In this document: in pieces, positions 58,123 to 64,000 of the stretch
Position numbering within the stretch: position 1 is the stretch's first letter
Layout: each line of letters opens with the position of its first letter
The notes under the pieces: generated by a model
What the model was told of the DNA's origin: nothing
The model's input: the letters and a program-made list of their open reading frames with translations, nothing else
Database searches by the model: none
Program-made: the position numbers and the translations under genes
NCBI GenBank assembly: GCA_051532055.1
Contig: JAOPTX010000010.1
Location: forward strand, 32,001 to 96,000
DNA from: Fibrobacterales bacterium
GTDB lineage: Bacteria > Fibrobacterota > Fibrobacteria > Fibrobacterales > JAOPTW01
Direction: 5' to 3'
Length of the DNA: 64,000 nucleotides

Positions 58123-58929
58123 TTATTGACCTTCGGCTCGCCAACTATTGAGGTGGATCTTCCGCATCAAGAGTCGATCTTCACCAAAATTTTTATCCTC
58201 ATAAAAAATGACAGCTTTGTCAGATTCAAAGAGATTGATTTGTGTAGAATCTTGAGCTCGAGAAGTGTCGAGTTTGTTTCGGTAGAGTACTGTCGTTCCG
58301 GTATAGGGATTAGGGCTCGTTTCAGAGGCCAAAAAAATATCTACACCAGGTTTACTCAATGGCTGAGTAAATAGCTTGGTGTGATTGGATACGGTATAGT
58401 GATACTGAGTGTTGGTTATGGATGCAGTATAATTTCCACTAGAATCAAAAACAATCATATTTGAACAATCGCCTCCCATTGGGAGGGATATGGTGTCGTT
58501 ATAGATTTCTTCTGAGGTTATGAGGATTCTATCGCTCTGTTGCTTAATAAGCACTTCTGGGGCGCTCTGACGGCCAATGATATGGAGTACACCGCCATCT
58601 ATGAGAGTCTGACTTACTTGGGCAATAGCTTCGAGTTCAATAGAGTCGCCAATGAGAGTGAGGGTTGGCCCAAGAAAAGGGGCCTTCTCGCCATGTGATA
58701 ACATTTTAGGTTGCTTTGGGGGGTTGAACCAAACACGATACCCGGTTTTAATATTGTTGGTGTCGATACCATCGTCATGAGCAACAAAGAGAAATGAGAG
58801 TGAACTACTTAGGGGAAGGACCCAGCCGAGATTTTCGTGTTCTCGTACGGGTTCAACAGAGTAAGTATGGAATTTTGCAAAGTAAGTCACTATTATTGTA
58901 ATAAAAAGTAATATTATCGCTTTAAACAT
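58123..58929 (-). CDS. Hypothetical exported or membrane-anchored protein
   Basis: 268-aa ORF with an N-terminal hydrophobic segment. No family recognised. Confidence 0.55.
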   Translation of the reverse strand: MFKAIILLFITIIVTYFAKFHTYSVEPVREHENLGWVLPLSSSLSFLFVAHDDGIDTNNIKTGYRVWFNPPKQPKMLSHGEKAPFLGPTLTLIGDSIELEAIAQVSQTLIDGGVLHIIGRQSAPEVLIKQQSDRILITSEEIYNDTISLPMGGDCSNMIVFDSSGNYTASITNTQYHYTVSNHTKLFTQPLSKPGVDIFLASETSPNPYTGTTVLYRNKLDTSRAQDSTQINLFESDKAVIFYEDKNFGEDRLLMRKIHLNSWRAEGQ

Positions 58930-59037
58930 GCAGCACCGCTCGTAAGAGTTTATTTTTTACGGGGAAAGGTGATAGCCACACCTCAATGTGCATTAAGATA
59001 GTATAACACATTAGATATGTGGTATAAAAGGAACGCT

Positions 59038-59637
59038 ATGCAAATCAAACAAATTCTTAATATTGCTCAAATTGCTGCGGTAGTAGGTGCGGTTTCATTA
59101 TTAAGTGCCTGTGCTGGAAGTCCTCCACAATCAAGTGCGCATCAAGACACAACTATCGAACAGGGTGAGCGCTTAAATAGAACAGAAGCAGCAAAGCCTG
59201 TAGAATTGGGACGTACAAATACTTCAGAGCGGGGAAGTAAATCTCATTACGCTTTTATTTATCCTAAAGCAAATTATAACCGAGAAAAGTTAAACAATCA
59301 TTTAACTCCAGTTGATGAAATGTTTAAAGGTAAAGAATATACCTTAAAGGGAATCGATACTACCCAAAGTAACAAAGACTTTTATTTTGTGAAAAACCGA
59401 GAAGTGAAGAAAGAGGAGAGTAGCTATATTCTTCAATTTGCAACTCTTGCCGACTTTGATGCAGCACAAAGACGGCTTAAGTATTTAAATCAACTTACTG
59501 GGGTACCATTGAGGCTTATTTTTGATGCACCCTTTTATAAAATACGCGGTGGTGTGTTTGAGACGAAAGATGCCGCTGAAGAAAAGCTTATTGAGCTTCG
59601 TCAATTAGAGGTTTCTGCTTTTGTTATGAAAAAGTAG
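59038..59637 (+). CDS. SPOR-domain lipoprotein
   Basis: Lipobox LSAC and C-terminal YILQFA...FDAPFYKIRGG.F..KDAAE...AFV. Confidence 0.78.
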   Translation: MQIKQILNIAQIAAVVGAVSLLSACAGSPPQSSAHQDTTIEQGERLNRTEAAKPVELGRTNTSERGSKSHYAFIYPKANYNREKLNNHLTPVDEMFKGKEYTLKGIDTTQSNKDFYFVKNREVKKEESSYILQFATLADFDAAQRRLKYLNQLTGVPLRLIFDAPFYKIRGGVFETKDAAEEKLIELRQLEVSAFVMKK

Positions 59638-59639
59638 GG

Positions 59640-61619
59640 TTAGCCTTTGAGCAAAAAAGGCTCTGGTTTGCCAAAGTAGTATCCTTGGGAAAACTCAATA
59701 CCGAGCTCTTGCACTTCTTGTTGTATACCTTCTGATGATACAAATTCTGCAATAAGTTCGATCCCAAGTTTCTTGGCAAAATCCACAATTGTTTCGAGTA
59801 ATATTTTAAGGTTTTGATCATTCTCAATATTGCGGATGAGTGATCCGTCAATTTTGATATAATCTATGTCAAGTCTCAAAATATGTTCGAAATTTGAATA
59901 TCCTGTTCCAAAGTCATCAATGGCAATTTTACAGCCAAACTCTTTTGCTTGTCGTATAAATGTTTTAACTTCAGAGTAATTTTCGATACCATCGGATTCT
60001 AAAATTTCAAATACCACTTGGTGTCCAATGTTGTGGTGTCTTAGTTGTTCAAAAATAAAACGGGTAGTTTCTTCATTCAGCATGTCATCAGCCGACAAAT
60101 TTACTGAAAATTCAAATGTGGTTCCCGCAAAACGTGCAAAGCTTTTTTCTATCATAATTTTTGAGAGCAGATTATACTGTTTGTTTTTTATAGCAATAGG
60201 GAGGAAATTGATGGGGGCGACAACCTCTCCTGCCTCATCAATTAATCGAATGAGGCATTCATACTTCTCTATTGCGTGAGTTTGGTTATTGTATATCGGC
60301 TGAAAATAGGGAACAAAATTTTGGTTTTCGAGGGCATGACAAATAGTGTTAGTCCATTTGATGTTCTCTTCAAATTCGCCTTGAGGAATTGTAGCATTGT
60401 TATAAATGACATAATGTTTGCGTTTACTTTTTGCTTCGTGCAGTGCCATATCTGCTTTGCGTAAGATGTTTTCTTTGCCAATAGCTACACCAAGACTAAA
60501 ACGGATTCTGATTTTATAATTCTGGTATTTAAAAATAGTATTCTGGGTAATGGTTAAAAACTTCTCGAGCCAGGCAAGAGCGTCTTGCCCTTCTACTTGG
60601 GTATGTGAGAGTATGGCGAATTCATCACCAGAAGTTCGGTAGAGGTTCCAGTGTTGGCTATTGATCTGGTTGAGAAGGAGTTCTTTAATTTGTATGAGCA
60701 CTGAGTCGCCTGTTGATGTGCCATAGAAATCATTGATGTCTTTAAATGAGTCTACATCGAGAAGAATGAGATAGAGCTCATCAAACGTTGCTTTATCGAT
60801 ATCATAATGAAGCTTGTTTCTGTTGGGGAGTGCAGTGAGGGTATCGAGATAGAATTGGTTAATAAGGTCTTGTTGATACCGTCGGTTTTTTTTGAATGTT
60901 TGAGTGATGATCCCCAGAAGAGGTCGCCAGTTTTTGGGTACTTGATCTTGGAGGTTCTGGCTGTCTACAAAGTTATCTTTGAGGCTTTGAATATGTTTAG
61001 CAAGAATAGTTATGGGTTTGATAAGATGGTTTTTTGTAAAGATATAGAAGAGCAAAAATATTACACTTAAGCCAAGTATCATAATAGTGAGATTGAGTCC
61101 GTATTCAGCTAAAAAGAGTGTTATGGGGCTCCGGTTGGGGAGAATAAGGGCAAGTTTACTTCGTTTATCATTAAATTGGTATTGAAGCATACGCATAGAG
61201 GGGAAGCTAATGAGGGAGTCGATTGTAGTGTTTTTGATTTGTAGGTAAAACTCAGAGTAGGGCAATGTGGTTGATGAGAGATAATGAGGCGGTTTATTCC
61301 CTGTTATATCAATTGCACCAGTTGGTTCCACGAGAAAAAGATGATGTTCGATGTCGGTTTCTTGATTAGGAAGCTTTTCTAATATATCGAGAGTTATGTC
61401 TATCTCATTTTCGATAGCATTATTGAGGATATACGCCTTAAAATAGAAAGACTGTATGAGTGAGCTCTCTTTGAGGTATTGCTGATAATTGAATGAATTG
61501 ACCTTCGAGGCGATAAAAAAGATGGCAATAAAAATCAGTAAGGCAAGCGCCATCTGGTTGAATTGCAAAAAATGGGCAAAGAGCCCCTTTAGCAGGGATG
61601 TTCGTTTCTCTCGTTTCAT
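59640..61619 (-). CDS. Membrane-bound GGDEF-EAL c-di-GMP enzyme
   Basis: DTLTALPNR, DSFKDINDFYG, SGDEF; EAL domain ECLIR, FEILES, AIDDFGTGYSNF, IKIDGS, AEFV, QGYYFGKP. Confidence 0.92.
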   Translation of the reverse strand: MKREKRTSLLKGLFAHFLQFNQMALALLIFIAIFFIASKVNSFNYQQYLKESSLIQSFYFKAYILNNAIENEIDITLDILEKLPNQETDIEHHLFLVEPTGAIDITGNKPPHYLSSTTLPYSEFYLQIKNTTIDSLISFPSMRMLQYQFNDKRSKLALILPNRSPITLFLAEYGLNLTIMILGLSVIFLLFYIFTKNHLIKPITILAKHIQSLKDNFVDSQNLQDQVPKNWRPLLGIITQTFKKNRRYQQDLINQFYLDTLTALPNRNKLHYDIDKATFDELYLILLDVDSFKDINDFYGTSTGDSVLIQIKELLLNQINSQHWNLYRTSGDEFAILSHTQVEGQDALAWLEKFLTITQNTIFKYQNYKIRIRFSLGVAIGKENILRKADMALHEAKSKRKHYVIYNNATIPQGEFEENIKWTNTICHALENQNFVPYFQPIYNNQTHAIEKYECLIRLIDEAGEVVAPINFLPIAIKNKQYNLLSKIMIEKSFARFAGTTFEFSVNLSADDMLNEETTRFIFEQLRHHNIGHQVVFEILESDGIENYSEVKTFIRQAKEFGCKIAIDDFGTGYSNFEHILRLDIDYIKIDGSLIRNIENDQNLKILLETIVDFAKKLGIELIAEFVSSEGIQQEVQELGIEFSQGYYFGKPEPFLLKG

Positions 61620-61901
61620 TACACACACAGTGGATGCCCTTTAAAAATCGACCGACATCCTGAAAAATTGGTTCCTGGTATCAAATGAGCGCAATAGCTA
61701 CAGTTGCGCTAATATATTAAGATACCCAATATATTTTTTAAATGCAATGAATTTGGTATTTTGGAAATAAGAGTGTTCATATAGTGGTAATTCTTGCCAG
61801 CTCAGGGAAAACAATGCTCCTATAACTATGCAGATATTTCCCATCCTTATGTAAAACAGTAGAGAAATCCTTTAAAATGCCTTAAAACTGCACTTTAAGT
61901 T

Positions 61902-61918
61902 TTGGCATGGGGTTTGCT
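61902..61918 (+). promoter_or_regulatory. sigma54 (RpoN) -24/-12 promoter of flgJ-flgN-flgK
   Basis: TTGGCATGGGGTTTGCT, GG-N10-GC. Confidence 0.78.
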
Positions 61919-61959
61919 TTTGACTTAAGGACATGGAATGGAGTGAACAGGATGTTCAT

Positions 61960-62751
61960 ATGAAAATTGAAGCACAACAAACAGTAGTACACCCGAAAAA
62001 GGGAGACCTGACTCCGGATCAGCAACAAAAATGGGATGTTGCACGGAAGTTTGAGGCGATGTTTGTAAATGAAATTTTCAAGTCTATGCGTAAAACAGTT
62101 ACGTATGACCCAGGAAATGAGCCTTCTCATGGAAGAAAAATCTTTACGGAAATGCTCGATCAAGAATATTCACAACTTCTCACCAAAGGACATTCGACCA
62201 CTGGACTTGCAGAGGTCCTTTTTAAGCAGATGGGTGAAAAGGTTGCTCCTATAACTATTGAAAAGAATAATGCCGCAATGAATATGGCGTATTCTCTCGG
62301 GGGGCTTTCACAACAGGCGAAAGCAGTGAACGTTAACCGGGCAACACGAGAAAATCCTGAAATAAAATCGATCGAATCAATTGTACTCGAAGCTGCAGAA
62401 AAATTTGGTATCGACTCTACTCTTATAGAGAGTGTGATAAAAAATGAATCAGCGGGTAATACTCATGCGATTTCTCCCGTTGGTGCAAAAGGGTTAATGC
62501 AGTTGATGGATGGTACGGCAAAAGAGTTAGGGGTACGTAATGTATTTGACCCTCGTGATAATATAATGGGTGGTACAAAGTATCTTAGAAAAATGCTTGA
62601 TCGATTTGATAACAATGAATCCTTAGCTTTAGCAGCATATAATGCAGGGCCGGGGAATGTAGAAAAATATGGTGGCATCCCTCCGTTTAAGGAGACTCAA
62701 AATTATGTCACAAAAGTTTTAAAAGACAAAGCGGCTCTGGCAACAGAGTAG
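61960..62751 (+). CDS. flgJ: FlgJ-like rod-binding domain fused to SLT lytic transglycosylase (alternative start 61933)
   Basis: ARKFEAMFVNEIFKSMRKT...FTEMLDQEY rod-binding domain, then SLT motifs IKNESAG, GAKGLMQLM, AYNAGPG, ETQNYV. Confidence 0.8.
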   Translation: MKIEAQQTVVHPKKGDLTPDQQQKWDVARKFEAMFVNEIFKSMRKTVTYDPGNEPSHGRKIFTEMLDQEYSQLLTKGHSTTGLAEVLFKQMGEKVAPITIEKNNAAMNMAYSLGGLSQQAKAVNVNRATRENPEIKSIESIVLEAAEKFGIDSTLIESVIKNESAGNTHAISPVGAKGLMQLMDGTAKELGVRNVFDPRDNIMGGTKYLRKMLDRFDNNESLALAAYNAGPGNVEKYGGIPPFKETQNYVTKVLKDKAALATE

Positions 62752-62760
62752 GAGGCAAAG

Positions 62761-63276
62761 ATGGATAAGGTAAGAAAACTCTCTGAGACACTTCGTGAAC
62801 TCAAATTCGAATACACCAAATATATTGAGTGTGCCGAAGAGCAAAAAATCTTTCTCATTAAGAATGATATCGATTCACTCAATAAAGTCAATATCACAAT
62901 TGAGGTAATCAGCGTTGACCTTCAAGACCTTGAACGCCAACGTATTCAGCTTATGGAACAACTCGCAGAAGAAGCGGGAATTGAGGTATTCTCTAAGGTG
63001 ATTGATATCCAAAAATTTTATGCAACCAATCCTCATGCAAAAGAGATTGTTGCGATAGCAAAAGAATTGAAGCCACTTTTTGAAAAAGTAAAATCGATCA
63101 ATACTATAAATAATGGTTTGATCTCTACCTCACGAGACTATATCAAAACAACCCTTGCTATTGCAACGAGCGTGTTGAATCGAGGTAAGAAAGATTCATT
63201 CAAAACCTATGGTGGTACCGGCACGGTAAACCAAGGGAATAGACAGCTGAGGAGCTTGTTTAACAAGGAGGTCTAA
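62761..63276 (+). CDS. flgN: Flagellar export chaperone FlgN
   Basis: Helical protein (NDIDSL...LERQR...INTINNGLI...TYG) located between flgJ and flgK. Confidence 0.75.
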   Translation: MDKVRKLSETLRELKFEYTKYIECAEEQKIFLIKNDIDSLNKVNITIEVISVDLQDLERQRIQLMEQLAEEAGIEVFSKVIDIQKFYATNPHAKEIVAIAKELKPLFEKVKSINTINNGLISTSRDYIKTTLAIATSVLNRGKKDSFKTYGGTGTVNQGNRQLRSLFNKEV

Positions 63277-63277
63277 T

Positions 63278-64000
63278 ATGGGTATTCTTGATGCATTAAA
63301 CACTGGGATAAATGCGGTACAAGCATCACAACTTGCTATCGATGTAACCGGTCAAAACATTTCCAATGCGAATACTGATGGGTATTCACGGAAGAGAGTC
63401 AGTGTTACCGCAGGTGCACGAAGAGACGATGCTTACGGTGAAATGGGTTCAGGTGTTGACATCAGTGGTGTTGAGCGTATCAGGAATGTATTCATTGACA
63501 GACAAATTGATAAACAGCTTACAGAACAAGGGTATTATGAAGTTATTGATAAAACCCTAGAACGAATAGAAAATGTATTTAATGAGCCTTCCGATAATAG
63601 TTTGACCACATCAATGGATGACTTTTGGAACTCATGGCAAGATTTAGTAAATAATCCTGCTGACCTTTCGGCCCGCGAAACAGTGCGTGCATCAGGCGAA
63701 GTGTTAGTAAATCAATTTCATACGCTTTCAACCGAGCTACGCGATTTTAAACTTTCTGTTAACGGTGATATTGAAGGGGTTGTTGAACAAGTAAATGGCC
63801 TCACGAAAGAGCTCTATAGACTCAATGAAGAGATCACTCAGGTTGAATTGTCACCAGGTTCAAATGCAAATGATAGCCGTGACCGAAGAGACTTGGTTAT
63901 GAAAGAACTTGCAGAGCTTATTCCAATAGATTATTTTGAAGATGAATTTGGTAAATACACTGTAACAACCATGGGTAACGTGATTGTTACTCCTTCGGCT
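63278..64000 (+). CDS. flgK: Flagellar hook-associated protein FlgK, 3'-truncated by window edge
   Basis: Manual translation MGILDALNTGINAVQASQLAIDVTGQNISNANTDGYSRKRV...FNEPSD...FWNSWQDL.NNP...ANDSRDRRD. AAGGAGG RBS. Confidence 0.95.
   Translation, partial: MGILDALNTGINAVQASQLAIDVTGQNISNANTDGYSRKRVSVTAGARRDDAYGEMGSGVDISGVERIRNVFIDRQIDKQLTEQGYYEVIDKTLERIENVFNEPSDNSLTTSMDDFWNSWQDLVNNPADLSARETVRASGEVLVNQFHTLSTELRDFKLSVNGDIEGVVEQVNGLTKELYRLNEEITQVELSPGSNANDSRDRRDLVMKELAELIPIDYFEDEFGKYTVTTMGNVIVTPSA

Noticed and set aside
61629..61860. Possible riboswitch (e.g. c-di-GMP) between the GGDEF-EAL gene and flgJ; small hairpin AGCGCAA...TTGCGCT near 61688-61710
   Set aside because: No GEMM or other riboswitch consensus was recognisable.
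345..63560. Numerous 60-155 aa ORFs antisense or out of frame within long genes (e.g. 10237-10704, 42157-42549, 51122-51565, 63366-63560)
   Set aside because: Shadow ORFs of well-supported genes with no recognisable motifs. 63366-63560 lies inside flgK in another frame.
1..64000. CRISPR arrays, cas genes, integrases, transposases, prophage or defence genes
   Set aside because: No regularly spaced direct repeats were seen in any intergenic gap, and no ORF carries the relevant motifs.

Overview
A 64-kb, gene-dense, AT-rich stretch of ordinary bacterial chromosome. The organism is a flagellated diderm, most likely FCB group and probably Fibrobacterota. That placement is inferred from a PorV-like barrel, a FlgD-Ig-tailed surface protein, a Bacteroidota-type bS22 and long-form IspG. 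I found no CRISPR array, prophage, integrase or transposase. Housekeeping genes: pdxB, dusB, trkH, rluD, lspA, obgE, ispG, rph, pheA, gatA, truA, recD2, an HU/IHF protein and tRNA-Asn. Motility and surface genes: a hemerythrin chemoreceptor, FapA, a FliK-like protein, flgJ-flgN-flgK, a type IV pilin and a four-gene GT2/TPR glycosylation operon. Reading the sequence directly adds several items missing from the ORF track: a 31-aa bS22-like ribosomal protein followed by a ~102-nt 6S-like structured RNA; a frameshifted NPCBM/NEW2 pseudogene behind tRNA-Asn; two near-identical sigma54 promoters linking the glycosyltransferase operon to flgJNK; at least nine apparently leaderless genes; and dense D-(S/T)-hydrophobic sequons in exported proteins. 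The best candidate for an undescribed system is the coupled operon at 21781-29001, encoding an outer-membrane barrel, a 1435-aa Ig-repeat cargo and a CsgG-like/PorV-like fusion. All family assignments come from motif recognition by eye, not database searches.
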